Of a stretch of 64,000 bases of DNA, positions 12,989 to 26,089 are shown piece after piece. The translations under genes were made by a program, and so were the position numbers. Each line of letters begins with the position of its first letter. The first letter of the stretch is position 1. A model generated the notes under the pieces. The model had not been told where the DNA came from, made no database searches, and was given only the letters and a program-made list of their open reading frames with translations. Origin of the DNA: Scyliorhinus canicula (taxonomy: Eukaryota); the NCBI RefSeq assembly GCF_902713615.1, contig NC_052148.1, forward strand, positions 235,189,336 to 235,253,335, given 5' to 3'.

Positions 12989-13730
12989 TGAAGTGTTGGC
13001 TAGTGTGGACTTGAGAGATGAACAGACACTTCCAACATTGATGAAGGTTCAACTCAATTTCATAGATCATAGAATTTACAGTGCGGAAGGAGGCCACTCG
13101 GCCCATCGAGTCTGCACCGGCTCTTGGAAAGAGCACCCTACCCGAGGTCAACACCTCCACCCTATCCCCATAACCCAGTAACCCCACCCAACACTGACGG
13201 CAATTTTGGACACTAAGGGCAATTTATCATGGCCAATCCACCTAACCTGCACATCTTTGGACTGTGGGAGGAAACCGGAGCACCCGGAGGAAACCCACGC
13301 ACACATGGGGAGGATGTGCAGACTCCGCACAGACAGTGACCCAAGGCGGAATCGAACCTGGGACCCTGGAGCTGTGAAGCAATTATGCTATCCACAATGC
13401 TACTGTGCTGCCCTAACTATTAACTAACTTCTAACTAACTAACACACGATGACTGTGGGTCTAAATGATGCTAACTTAAACTAGAGACCTAAGCCTTGTC
13501 GAAACCAGTTGATTCTCTCAGCACGTGTTGTGAGTCTGTGCTGGGCTGGATGAGTTCTTACTACACTCAGAGGCAGCACCCAGAATGAGCGGGAACCGTG
13601 GTGCCCTCTGCCTTTATAGTGTGTGTATTCTAACTGGTGATTGGCTGTGGTGTTTGTACATGTTGATTGGTCCCTGTGTGTGTCCATCAGTGTGTGTCTG
13701 CACCATGATATACTGGTATATATTGTGACA
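12989..13730 (-). mobile_element. Solo LTR inserted in the Copia protease region
   Basis: TG...CA termini, 5-bp TSD GGGAC (12984-12988, 13731-13735), minus-strand TATAAA. Confidence 0.85.
13061..13413 (-). mobile_element. HE1-like V-SINE, full length, nested in the solo LTR
   Basis: Head gggcagcacagtagca, B-box ggttcgattcc, V-domain, ctatgatctatg tail. Confidence 0.93.
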
Positions 13731-14254
13731 GGGACAATAGCATCTGGTCATCAGGACAAATCCTTCTGACTGATCAATCTCATCATCTTCCCCTTAGATC
13801 CTTTCTTGTTATGTCTCATTTTGAAAATCCTGTTATTCCATTTCAGACAATTCATTGCATTATGATATTTTGAGTCACATTTGACGTGACTGTTAACCAT
13901 TCCTTGGTTATTCCTGGGGTTCATTTTCCTGTCATAGTTACCCAATCCCCGTCTTCTGTTAAAGCTGCTACCAGGGTTTATATCCTCATTTATTTTGTTT
14001 GTGGTTCTTCTTTCGTATTGATGTGTTTGCCCTTTATCTGGAAGATCTCGAAACGCTGCCAGCATCAAACTCTCCATACTTTGTGTTACCACAGAATGCT
14101 CCATTATTGCCATGAAAGTGGTTGGAAATGAAATGTTTCTTTTTAAAGCATCAGATATGTGTTCCGAAAGCAGATCTCTTCCCAGAATTTAACTCCAGTC
14201 GAAACCAGGAACCTATCCATGTTCGCTACTTCGACACAAGCCAACAGTTTGAAG

Positions 14255-14415
14255 GAAAGTACTGAATTCGGGATGTCCAAATGGAATTTCTGCAATCAGA
14301 AATAGCAGGAAAGTGGGAACAGGTTACTGAGTTGGATGACCAGCCACGATCATAATGAATGGTGGAGTAAGCTTGAAGGGCCGAATGGTCTACGCCCGTT
14401 CCTATTTTTTATTTT
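14255..14415 (+). mobile_element. CR1 3' tail inside Copia gag
   Basis: gagttggatgaccagccacgatcataatgaatggtggag..ggccgaatgg. Confidence 0.7.
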
Positions 14416-14787
14416 TCTGTGCTGTACAACCTGTTTGGTCCCATGATATATCTTTGAATGAAAAAAACCTTCTAAGTTTATCAAAATCTGACCGTGCCTC
14501 ATACACATTACCGGACCTTCCTCAGTGTGAAATTATGAGCCTCTGATTCTGAAAATACTTTGTACCTGATCCTGCTTCTGGTGGGAAATGAACGTCCCAA
14601 AGGCAAGCCTTGCCTTTTCTTTGGTAAGGACATAACCTATCCACTTCATTCATCCATTTGTCATAACGTTCAGCTTCACAAAACAACAGTGGGAAATCGT
14701 ACCCGGGTACTTTACACTTGGTTTTCCACCATTCCTCTCTAAAGTAACTCCAAAAACAATCTTCTATTTGAAAAGGAATCTGAGGCC

Positions 14788-14805
14788 AACTATCCTCTGC
14801 TACCA
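14788..14805 (-). promoter_or_regulatory. Primer-binding site complementary to the initiator tRNA-Met 3' end
   Basis: Minus strand TGGTAGCAGAGGATAGTT versus expected TGGTAGCAGAGGATGGTT (17/18), 1 nt after the LTR-terminal CA. Confidence 0.85.
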
Positions 14806-16327
14806 ATGCTCACTCATCCCCGTTGGTTCATGAAGCTAAAACTAAGATTTGGCAGCTTCTTTGCTGGAGAGAGTTTATTGACTTAGTTTACAGTGAACAT
14901 TGCTCCATGCCCCAGTGTCCCAGCTATCCCCATTTATAGGTGTAGAAATACCCATCACCTGTTTAACAATATAATTGCCTTTAAACTTAAATATGATTAA
15001 CAAGACATTGACATGTCATGGTTAGATCTTTGCAAAATCAGAGCTCCTACATTGTATCAGGCTTTGCAAATTGTCTGGCCCATGTTAACCAAACATTGTT
15101 CACCTTCTTAGTACAATCATCCATTGCTCAATTTTGGCATTATTCAGACTTCAGTAAAGTCTTCGGCTGGGCAATATAATTGAATTTTTGAGGCAAACTC
15201 AAATCCAATTGCAGCTTAAATGGGTTCTTCTTGACAGTGACCCTGTGAAGGCAATTTCCAATGTTGCCACCTTCTGAACTTCCACTATAGGCTGTGTTTC
15301 TAGAATTTTTGCTGCAATGAAAGTTGGTAGTGAGGTTAGGGTTAGGATTAAGCCCATAATATTTTTTCCAGCACTGTGTAAAAATATCATTGTAGTTTAC
15401 CCGTTTCCTTGGTGAACTTCTACTAATTTTAAGTTGTCACCACTTCAATACTCTACCCTTTCTCCTTGATGCATGGATACAGACTTTAAAAAAAATTGTG
15501 TAGCCAGTGTCCCAAGTATGTATCTCTCTTATATTTATATTTTCTGGCTGGCTCTGTCAAACGCCCACCCTTACGCTTTGGCTCAGCGTGTTACCATATC
15601 TCCGGATAAACTGGCTAGTTGTGTGAGAGCATTCCTTAAAATAGTCGTCAAAGGCTCTTCTATTTATATATCATAATTGTTATTCATTCAAATTAACTAT
15701 GTGAGATAGGATTTGGGCACAGTCAGCAATCTGGGGACACATTGGACTCCAAATTGTACTGATTTTCAGAATTGTTCTTGAATTTCCACTCATTTGCATG
15801 TTGCTGAATCTGCAATCTGCCATGAAGAAATCCAACAGCCTTTCAAATGCAATTAAAAAAAAAACGTTTTCCTTTAAAAGATTTTCCTTGATATATTCAT
15901 AGCTTGGTCCAGTTTGATTATTACAGCTAAAAATTGGCTTGTCACAAATAATAAGCAATCAACAACAAAAAACAAGTACATTGGGTACGTGTCAGAAGTT
16001 AAAATACAAAATTTCTATTTTTAACTACAAGCAGCTGGGTTTCCAGCCTTGAAGGAGAAGGGAAGGGCTGACTCCATGAGGTAATTGTCTTTGCAGCATG
16101 GCTTGTGACTGGAAGAAGCAATAGTTCTTCCTGTAGGCCGAGCAAGTTACCCTGGAGACCCTCATGCCCCATGATATGTCTGCTTCCAACCACCACTGGA
16201 CCACCAAACACCAAAGGACCCTTTCCCACACATCCAGGAACTCGTAGATCGTCACTGAAACCTTGTGACTGTGGCGCCCTGGGTTACCATGGAATCCCCT
16301 CCCTGTGTGATGCAGAATTTCCCTCTG

Positions 16328-16765
16328 TGGATCGGCCGGCATATTTCCGAGCATGCACAAGGTTCCCTTCTCCGCGCCGCCCCCCGGGCAATATGGCGGA
16401 GCCCTACAGGGGCCCAGCGCAGAAGAAAGAAGGCCCCCCACGGAACCAGCCCGCCTACAGATCGGTAGGCCATGATCGTGGGCCAGGCCACCGTGGGGGC
16501 CCCCACGGGTTCGGATCCCACCATGCCACCTCCCCCCAAGACCGCCACTGCACACTTACCTGCCAGGTCCCGCCATACGTGAGGTGAGTAATTCGCGCAG
16601 GCGGGACTGGCCAATACTTTACGGCCACTCGGCCCATTGGTGCCTGAAGAATCGCCGGGGGTGGGGTGCTGTCAACGGCCCCTGACCGGCGTGGCGGGAA
16701 TGCCGCCGGCCCCTGAAAAACGGCGCTGGAGAATAGGGCAGCCGGCGTTGAGGCGGGATTCGAGC
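16328..16765. mobile_element. GC-rich MITE fragment
   Basis: Reverse-complement homology to the interior of 48197-48859. Confidence 0.75.
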
Positions 16766-17249
16766 CTTCCCCCAGCCGAAATGTCTCTAAAAATGTAGAA
16801 CTTGCTTCTCAAACACCTCAGCAAGGCATTGCTAAATTGTAAAACATCACAATCTAACAATGGAGAGCCTTATGGATGACCCTAAATAACAGAATCCTGG
16901 AAACTGGGTGTTGTGGTCACTATTTTCACCTCTCAATATCCTGTTTACTTGAAGAATGTTGACTAAAATGAAGCATGTTGATGAAAATAAAGGAAGTTGT
17001 CCAGCATGAATGCTCAACATCAATCTTGCTCATTCAGCTTTTTTATGGAATATATATTGGAACCACAGAGTTGGATTTTTAGATGTGTTGGATTGTCTCC
17101 AGCTTCTCTCAATGTAAAGGCATAGCTTTAGTAATGTAGTAATGATAGTTCTCCCCTTAATTAGGATAGAGCTATCATAATTTCTACTTAAGGATTTAAG
17201 GTAAATACTACTTTAAATATTGGTGGGTTTCTTAAATAGCTCTCTGCGG

Positions 17250-17561
17250 TGTCCAGCAGCACGGCTCCCACCCAACTGGCGGCACTAGACACCGCTGGGT
17301 TCCCGCACGGCTGGGACCATGAGTGAACCGTGCCATTGTGAACACAGCTCATCGGTGGCGAACATCGGGGTGGGTCTCAGGGTGACGTGCTGAAGCTGTC
17401 CCAACAGCGTGCGCCGTGCGCCACAATGATGCAGTTTTGGAGGAGATGGAGCATGCGAAACCTGCATCAAACAGGCGCCGCCCCCGATTTTGAAGTTAAA
17501 AGGAATTCTCCGCCTGATCTCCGATTACAAAATCGACGTTGGGGAACAGAGAATCCAGCCC
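17250..17561. mobile_element. GC-rich MITE fragment (one end)
   Basis: Ends gagaatccagccc; similar to 26920-27010. Confidence 0.7.
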
Positions 17562-18084
17562 ATTGTCTCATTTTACCTTTTGTATCCAAACTTGAAAATC
17601 CTATTCCATAGAGTCTTCAGCGGAGAGGGTACATTGTTGCGGAGAGATACCCAGACCCTTATTGTATCTGGCTTGTTATAATCTAGCTAAAACTTGTTAA
17701 AAAGGCTATTTGGAGGACAGTAATGGTCTCTAGTGGTCCCTTTCTTTTGGGAAGAGTTGGACCAGTTTTCCAAACCCAATTAAGTGTCTGTGAGGCCTGT
17801 CGTTCTCAGCCTTAAGTGGGAGTGATCATCTGCGGAGTACATCTGATCTGGAAAAGTCCCAAAAAGAGGTTAGGATTATAATCTACTTCAGAAAATCCAC
17901 CAGGCTCTTAAGATGCTCACTGGCAGGAATCCAACTGCACTTTATTTCTGCAAGAGCATTCAGGGAACCCATTCTTCCAGGTTCACTAATCTCACAACCA
18001 CCCACTGGTGCCTCAGCACAAGAACTAACTGAATTCCAAGCCAAATTGCTTGTTTAAAAGAGTGGGAGATATTTAAATTTACTT

Positions 18085-19880
18085 TAAAAAATATTTTATT
18101 CGGGCATTTTCAGAAGAAACAAGCCGAAGCAGAAGCAATATTGTGTAACATTATAAATAACCAGCACCCCCACCCTGCACCCTATTCTCACCTCCTCTTC
18201 CCGTCCAGCCTTCCCCATTTTAACCCCTTTACCTTTTCTCCCTCCCCTTTTGCTGACTCCTCAATCCTCCTTAAAAAAGTCAATGAACGGCTTCCACCTC
18301 CGATCGAACCCAGCAACCAACCCCTCTCAGGATGAACTTGACTTCCTCCAGCCTCAGGACTTCTGCCAGGTCACCCACGCCCTCGCTTTCAGTGGCTCCG
18401 GGTACCTCCATCCAAATAAGATTCCTCCCCGGGCTATCAGGGAGGCAAAAGCCAAGACATCGGCCTCTCTCTCCCCACTCCCAGACTTCCGGGTCTTCCG
18501 ACACCCCAAATATTGCTACCTCTGGACCCGGGGCCACATTTACCCTCGGACATTGTATCCGCAAACCCCTTGTGCCCTCTGAAGTACTTTAAACTGAATA
18601 AAGCTCAGCCTCGCACATGACGAGGACACATTCACCCTCTACAGGGCCTCAGCCCACATCCTGGCCTCCACCTCCCCACCCAGCTCCTCCTCCCACTTTC
18701 GCTTTTTACCTCCCACCGGGGCCCCCTCCCAATCCATCAGTTCCTTGTAGACCTCAGTCACCTTCCCCTCCTCTATCTCCCCATTCGACAGCACCTTGTC
18801 TTGCGACCCCAAGGGCGGTAACCCATGAAAGGATGTCTTCACAAAATCCAGAACCTGCAAGTACTGGAACCCATTCTCCCGGGCAGCTCATACTCTTCCT
18901 CCAGGTCCTCCAATTTCGCGGAACTACCCCTACAAACAGGTCACTAAATTGCTCAATCCCCGCCTGCCACCACCCCGAAACCTCGCATCCACCACCCCTC
19001 GCATCCACCACCCCCAGTGCAAAGTTATGATTATCACAGATCGGTGTCCACACTGAGGCACCCTCCAATCCCAAATGCTGCTTCCACTGCCCCCATACCC
19101 TCAAGGCTGACACTATCACTGGGCACATGGAGTGAGTGTCTGGCCAGCGAGATTGGCAGAGGCACTGTTAACAATGCCCTCAAGCTTATTCCCCTGCAAG
19201 AAGCCGTCTCCATCTGCCTCCATGCCGATCCCTCCCCCACTACCCATTTCCCAACCATGGGAATAGTTCCCATCCAGTAGTAGTTCATTATATTTGGCAG
19301 CACCCGCCACCCCCCTCCTCGTCCCCACTCCAAAAAATCCCCCCTGACCCGTGGGGGCTTCCCCGCCCACAGAAACCCAGAGATCAGTGCATTAACCTTT
19401 TTAAAGCATGACTTCAGGCCAAAGATTGGGAGGTTCTGAAATATGAACAGGAACCTTGGCAGCACTGTCGTCTTGACAGTCGGCACCTGCCACGCCACCA
19501 ACAGCAGCAGCACATCCCAACTCTTAAAGTCCTCCTTCATCTGCTCCACTAGCCGAGACAAATTGAACTTGTACAGCTGCACCAAACCCCACGTGAATGC
19601 CCAGGTTTCTAAAACTAACCCCCCCACAAAAACCTGAAACAGCAACTCCCCTAACCTCCTCTCCTGCCCTCTGCTCTCAATCGGGAACACCTCGATCATT
19701 CCCATGTTCAACTTGTGCCCAGAGAACCAGCCAAAGTGCTCCAAAATCCCCATAATACCCCCAATACCACTCAGTGGGATGAAATAAATAACAGGTCATC
19801 CGCATGCAGCTCAACCCTGTGCTCACGCACCCCCACCCAATCCCTTTCCAGGTGCCATTCCCAATGGCTCTATAGCCCAT
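18085..19880 (-). mobile_element. L1-clade LINE ORF2 3' part, 5'-truncated, decayed
   Basis: FGWFSGHKLN, VKTTVLPRFLFIFQNLPI, FLWAGKPPRV..GG..LPN..NYYW; minus-strand AATAAA near 18095. Confidence 0.85.
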
Positions 19881-20401
19881 CCACTAATGTCGCCCACCGA
19901 GCTGTGCGTCGCTGCACTATTGGAATGTGGAGGTGCTGTTTATGATGCCAGTGGCCTCCTGGGTGGCTGGGGGGTGGCGGGGGGTGGGGGGAGGGGGCCA
20001 ACGACTCTGGATGGATCGGCCTCATCAGATGGAGACCCTGCAAGACAATGGTCAAGTGGTCAGTGAGAGGGAAAGATCATCTTGTCTGAGTTAAGTCACT
20101 GGAGACAGGTCAACTGGGTAGAAGGGCAGTGGATCCTCACCTCTGTGGCACAGGCCAACCTCGCTCTCTCCTCGAACAAACCCTCGATTTCCAGGGCCTG
20201 TTCCTCAAAAGGAGTGAGAACTTAGATCTCTGGAATCCCACCCCCTCGTCTTGGCCCTTTCCCGCTTATTATGGGCCATCGTCTCCTGTGAGACAAAGCG
20301 AGGGCTTTGTGAGCTGCATGCTTGATGGGTCAGGAGGGTTTATAGCAGGTGGCATGTGTGGGCACTACCCCTGGACATGGAGGGGTTGTGCTAGTGGGTA
20401 C

Positions 20402-20672
20402 AGATGCACAATCAATGGACACGAAACGTAGGTAAAGTCCGAAACGAAAGGCTTTAATTAGCAAGAAGTGAGCCCGGTAGCAGACGTACAGGAAATGGCC
20501 TGGCTGCAGGGGAACATGGGTTCTTATACCCCACCTCGTAGGCGGAGTTACCTTCCTCTTAGCCAATAGGGATAAGAGGCACATGGTACCTGGGCCAATG
20601 GGCAGCGAGCCCTCTGCACCAATGGCAGCTCATACTCCCAGGTACCGTAATACCCCTAGTCATACTACCACA
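20402..20672 (-). mobile_element. Solo LTR (same family as 53175-53444)
   Basis: End-to-end similarity to 53175-53444; flanks GGTAC/GATAC (TSD with one mismatch). Confidence 0.85.
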
Positions 20673-20884
20673 GATACCAAGTGGTTCTGAGGAACAAGCA
20701 CTTAGATCGGATGTGGGGAGGGTGCGAGTGATTTGTGTGGGGGGTGGGTGCTTTCAGAATTTGCGGGGTGGTAGGTGGAACCTATGCCAGGAGAGAGGTG
20801 GTAACTTACACTTGCAGCTTGGTGGAGATCTTTGTCTTTTTCCGACATTGGATGCTGTTCCTCCTTGTCATGCTGCCCACGTTA

Positions 20885-21472
20885 ACTGCCGCTCCACTGC
20901 CTCCCTGGTGGCATTGCGAACCCTACTGGTCCGTCCCCCTCGGGGGAACAAAACTGGCACCAACGGCTATTGGCACTACGCCACCCGGCGTCGGGGCTAG
21001 CCAAAAGGCCTTTGCCGGTCTGGGCATGCGCCGGAGCGTCAGCGGCCACTGACCTCACCACTGGCGCATGCACGGTGGAGGGGGTCTCTTCCACCTCCGC
21101 CATGGTGGAGGCCGTGGCGGTGGTGGAAGAAAAAGAGTGCCCCCACGGCACTGGCCCGCCCGCCGATCGGTGGGCCCCGATCGCGGGCCAGGCCACTGTG
21201 GGGGCACCCCCCGGGTTCCGATCGCCCCGTGCCCCCCCCAGGACCCTGGGGGCCCGCTCATGCCGCCAATCCCGCCGGCACAGAGGTGGTTTAAACCACG
21301 TTGGCGGGATTGGCCTGTCAGCGGTGGGACTTTGGTCCATCGCTGGCCGGAGAATCGCCGCGGGGGGCACGCCGATTCCCGGGTGGCGGAGAATTCCAGC
21401 CATGGCGGGGGCGGGATTTACGCCAGCCCTCGGCGATTCCCCGCCCCTGCGGGGGGTTGGAGAATTCCGCCC
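20885..21472. mobile_element. GC-rich Harbinger-type MITE (partial)
   Basis: Ends ggagaattccgccc; shared core ccgatcggtgggccccgatcgcgggccaggcca. Confidence 0.8.
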
Positions 21473-22343
21473 CTGGTCAGGTTGGCATCGCCAAAGCGTG
21501 GAGCAGGTCTGCGCGCTGCTATACATGTGTATTGACTTGGTGTGAGTGGTGAGGGAGTGTTGAAAAGCAGCTCCCTCTTGTTAGCGGTGAGAAGTTGAAT
21601 CTCATGGGCGCTCATTTTTGGCACTAAATGCTACCGAATGCAGGCTGCGATCGCGCCAACCCGGCCGCTGAGAAACACCCTGCAAAACGTGCCCAAAATG
21701 ACACTTTGAAATGTTTCTGTTAAATCGTGCCCCAGCTGTTTCTCCTTTACCTAGGGAGTAGTGAACATCTGGAACGTGTTGCCAGCGGGTGTGATGGGCG
21801 ATAACTCTCTGCATGCCTTTAAGAGGGAACTGGGTCAGTTCTTTGAATGGACTAGAGATCACATCATGTTGAAGGTAACTTGTTATCACAGTTAATACCT
21901 GGTCCATGTGACCTCCTGGGTGGTCAGTGAGGATCTGTTACAGTATAATTCCTCTTATGGCATTTCTGAAAGCTGGCATGAGGTGTGAGCCAGGCTGTGA
22001 GATCAGCTGATCATTTTCCGCCCACCATCTTTGTACATACTGGTTGCAGCATTTTTCCAGGTTGTACCAGAACTGTCATCCCGACCTCCTTCCCTCTCTG
22101 CCAACACAAGTAAGAAAAGCAAGAGAGTTTTGCTGGCCTCCACGCTGCCTTGCATGGCTGAGGCAGATTCAAGAAGCAAATTGCAGCTCATTTGTGACAT
22201 TGGATGGGGATATGGTGCAAACTCACAAATGGGTGGAGATTTAAAGACTCAGTATTGAGTTTAATGCACCCTCGTAAGTTGGAGTTAGCAGCTATCATAG
22301 CCACAATGACAACTGAGAAGTGGCATTGTAGGAGAAAAACATA

Positions 22344-22969
22344 GGGCTGGACTCTCCATTCTGGAGACTAAGTGCCCATGCCGGAGTGGAAACGGTGTCG
22401 TTTCACGATGGAAAAATCGTCGTGAAACAGCCACCGATTCCCTGTTCTGGGCAGGGGCTAGCAGCCTGGTAGTATAGAGCACCTGGCTCTAACTGCTGAA
22501 ATGGCCTGGAGAATTGCCGGGTTTGTGGATGCGCATGTGCAGCCCGCGCCACGCTTCATAGCGGATGCCGCTCGCAGACCCGGCCCCTTCGGCCGGCTCG
22601 CCGTCTCGGACTGCCACACCGCAGTGCCCCCAGCCCCGATATGTCCACCCCTGCGCGTGGATCGGTCCTCCGCTGACTGTGGCAGCGCTGCACTGAGTCC
22701 GCAGCCGCTGCGCTGAATTCCTGACGGGCGAGACCACATGTGTCCCACGCCATCGGGAACTCAGCCGGCCGGGGGCTGAAACATCGGGGGCGGGCCTCAG
22801 GCAACATACGGAGGCCGTGGATACAGCATGCGGCGTACAGTGTGAGTACACCTCTTTTCAGGGGGCAGAGCATTGTGAAAGCGGCGCCGCCCCAATTTCG
22901 CCATCATCGGGGATTCTCTGCCCCGTCAACGAACGCAATTTCGGGGCCGAGGGTCGGAGAATCCAGCCC
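22344..22969. mobile_element. GC-rich Harbinger-type MITE
   Basis: TIRs gggctggactctcc / ggagaatccagccc; flanks ATA/ATG. Confidence 0.85.
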
Positions 22970-23239
22970 ATGTTTTCCTTATTGTGCTTTTCCCCACTTT
23001 ATCAGTCCTTTTTATTTTTTCTCTTGTTGGCTGCTTTACGTTCAGTTATTTCTCATGCGTCTGAGAATGTTGTAATTATTTGCCTTTGATAAACATGAGC
23101 GAGAAAGGAATAGATTGATATGCAGTCAGTTCTGGATTAATATGGGCGGGATGAGGCAATGTGGATTATAAACAACAGCACAACAGTCAGATGGCTTATT
23201 GTTAAGACAAGTAACAGCATACTGGGTGAGTACACTGCT

Positions 23240-23888
23240 AGGCTGTAGGTGCCGTGGTGCCGGGGGGCAGTGCATCATTGGCAATGCCGGGAGCGGGGAC
23301 TGATGGAGATGCGTGAAGGGGGGCTAATGGGGATTGTTGATGGGGGTGCTGGCGGGTGGTGGGGGGAGAGGGGTACCACATGACCAGAAGCCCTCAGAGC
23401 ATTTGCAGGATAGTACCTGTAGCCTCAACAGTCAGAAGTCTGTAAATTACAGCTAGGGGGTGGGTTTAAATGAATGTATGCAGCAATGGGGGTCTCAGCC
23501 AGGGCGCCCCAATCCCAAGGGGGACTTCCCGAGTCCACACACTTGCCACCACGTCGTTTCCCGAAAAGCTTCCAAAGTTTGCTTACCTCCTTGCTCTCCC
23601 TCAACGCCCATGGTGCCTGGGCCCCACTTGTAATCACTGCAGCAAATCACGTCCGCGTGATTCCCGGCTGTGAGGGGTGGGGGGTTGGGGGTAGATTCGG
23701 GCTTCCAGCCTGTTAACCAGATTTAGATACGGTGCCGCCAGTGTGGGGCAGGTAGTTCACAGAGGCCGGCAATGGGGCATTGCAACTGGTCTGGTGCGCG
23801 GCGCTGATCCTGTTTTTCCGTATGACCCGCCAACCTCTGCCCGGTCGGGAATACCGATACCAGCGACGGGCAATGGAGAATCCACCCC
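23240..23888. mobile_element. Older MITE copy
   Basis: Ends ggagaatccacccc; GC-rich interior; left boundary uncertain. Confidence 0.55.
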
Positions 23889-23926
23889 ATGTCTTTAACT
23901 GTCATGGTGGCTCATAATGGAAACGC

Positions 23927-24015
23927 CCCAAAGATGTGCAGGGTAGGTGGATTGGCCACGCTAAATTGCCCCTCAATTGGAAAAAAAGAATTGGGCAGTT
24001 TAAATTTTTTTTTAA
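23927..24015 (+). mobile_element. V-SINE 3' fragment with short alternative tail
   Basis: ccaaagatgtgcagggtaggtggattggccacgctaaattgccc followed by aattggaaaaaaagaattggg. Confidence 0.75.
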
Positions 24016-24094
24016 ATGATGGGAAAGTTGTGTACACTTGGTCTGCATAGTCAAGTATCCTCGCACTCACCAGTTCTTTAGTAAGAAGCAAGCC

Positions 24095-24528
24095 AAGGGC
24101 TTTCACTAACATAGTGCTTTTCACTCTCAGGACGTATAAAAAATCTACACAACTAATGAAAAATTTGATGCGTAGTCATTGTTGTAACATAGGAAATGCA
24201 GCAGCCAATTTGTGCACAGTGTGATCCCCAAACAGCAATGAGCTCATCTATTTTAGCAATGCTACAGGAGAGGTAAATGTTGGTCAGGACATCAGGAGAA
24301 TTCTCCTGCATTTTCTTTTAAAACCCCCAGGGAATCTCACTTGAGAGGAAGATTGGGCCTGTTTTTAGTGCCTTACGTGAAAGACAGAACCTCTAACATA
24401 TAGCACTGCCTCACTACTGCACTGCAGTGTCAATCTAAATTATGCATGGGAGTCTCTGGAGTGGGATTCGAACCCGTAACCTTCTGACTCAGAGGCGCGA
24501 ATGCTGCCACTGAGCCAAAGCTGACACC
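24095..24528 (-). mobile_element. Deu-domain SINE (SacSINE1/AmnSINE-like), near full length
   Basis: Minus-strand A-box tggctcagtgg, B-box gggttcgaatccc, Deu-like core, tail gtcctgagagtgaaaagcactatg. Confidence 0.8.
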
Positions 24529-26089
24529 TTAAGGGTATTTCAAGGCTATATTTATACTGCTGTGTGCAAGCAATATTTTCCCTCTTTTGTCTTAGGTGCG
24601 ATAAAAGGTATAAAAAATAATTTCAGCACAAGTTTTAGCAGTCACCTCAGGCAGATTGCCATTAACTGGAACAAGCTAAACTAACCAGACTCAAGCAGCT
24701 GTTCGGATTTCTGTGTTCCTATTGTTCTGTATCAGAATTGTGTGTAAAGTTATACAATCTCCCCGCAGCACCTAAAGAATAGCACAGAACCAAACTAATC
24801 TTTTGATGTGGTTCCTATAATTCATTATAATTTGTTTCAGCTAGCGCCTATAGTCTGCCAAACCGCTGGAACCGGGACAACTCTCCACTCATAACAAGCA
24901 CTTCTTTGTTCTCTATGTTGAAATCAAGAAGGGCCCAAATCACAATTTTGCTGCTTTTTGTTTTTGAAACTGCAATAGCAACAAACAATTTCTGACCAGC
25001 TAAATGTCAGTCTCCTTAATAGTGAGACAGAAAGTGCACAGATGACCAGTGATGAAACTTGACTGAAGGTGTCATTTAAAAAGATGAACGCGGGGGAAAA
25101 ACTGGGCAAAATAAGGACTTGATCCTGTTTCAGATATGGCAGGACATGGATCTGCTGAATTCAGTGCGATAACCATGGAACTGGTTTACGATAGAAAATG
25201 CCATTACACTGCAAATGTCCAATACAGTCCATTTAAAACCATTTACTTTTCTCCTTTCGAATTAGTTTGTTTCAACCTGGGTGGAAATCATTCATTATTA
25301 TTGGCTAATATACGGGGAAACATTTTCAGTGTAGCCATAATTTCCTAAAAGGGGGACATGATTTTCTTGATAAATATAAGCCACAGATGATAAACAAGCT
25401 GCTCCACTGTTACCTCTGTAGCGTGTGACTTAATTCTATGGCTATTATATGACGCTCCTAAAAACAGCAATAAAATGTGTAACTAAAACACAAAATGCCA
25501 GAAACAATAAGCGTAGCAGTCAGCTTCTGTGTGAAGAGTAGAGTTTTTAACCCAAAATAATTTTATTCATAAGCAAATCAAATACACATACAGTGCAAAA
25601 ATAATTAGCATATTCTAATATTGTTATAATCAGAGTTAAACGGCATGTTGATGCTCATCATTCCAGGTAGTACTGGCAGCGATCATTGTCTTCAAACATT
25701 ACATTTCAAAAGATGCTATTTTATTTATGGTACACTAGTCATGTTGGCATTAATACTTCGACTTCTATCCAACACATTTGGAAAGTGCTCTGTTAGCATT
25801 GGAAGGATACAATGTTAGAAATTGGACAGTGCCTCTTTTTTGGGAACGGGCTCATGATTTGCAAACTGACTGCGGCCTTTCAGATCAAGGTGGTGTCATG
25901 AAATCCATTTTTTTCATCACTATGCACTTGGTAAACTAGTACCCGTGTAGATTGTGACAGGGCACAGGATTTCGCCATCTTGTTACATTTGATCCTGCCT
26001 AGTAACAAGCGTAGGTCCCTCTTAGAATACATTGATAGGTCACTCACATCAGTCCAAATGGTCAGTGAAGAGCAGTTCAAGAGTCAATT

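Larger units (their letters stand above)
12480..15002 (-). mobile_element. Decayed Ty1/Copia (GalEa-like) retrotransposon, 5' half: LTR ~14807-15002, PBS, gag, protease, start of integrase
   Basis: gag GYDFPLLF.E.E.YDKW.NEV; knuckle remnant KCDSKYHNAMNC; protease AVLDSRCMSTVSGVDWL then SFRFGED; LHQQFAHP and FKEVAAMALKVW directly after protease (Copia domain order). Confidence 0.75.

Noticed and set aside
16040-16320. Exon-like segments (ag|..|gtaatt at ~16035-16080 and downstream)
   Set aside because: No recognisable protein and no consistent exon chain
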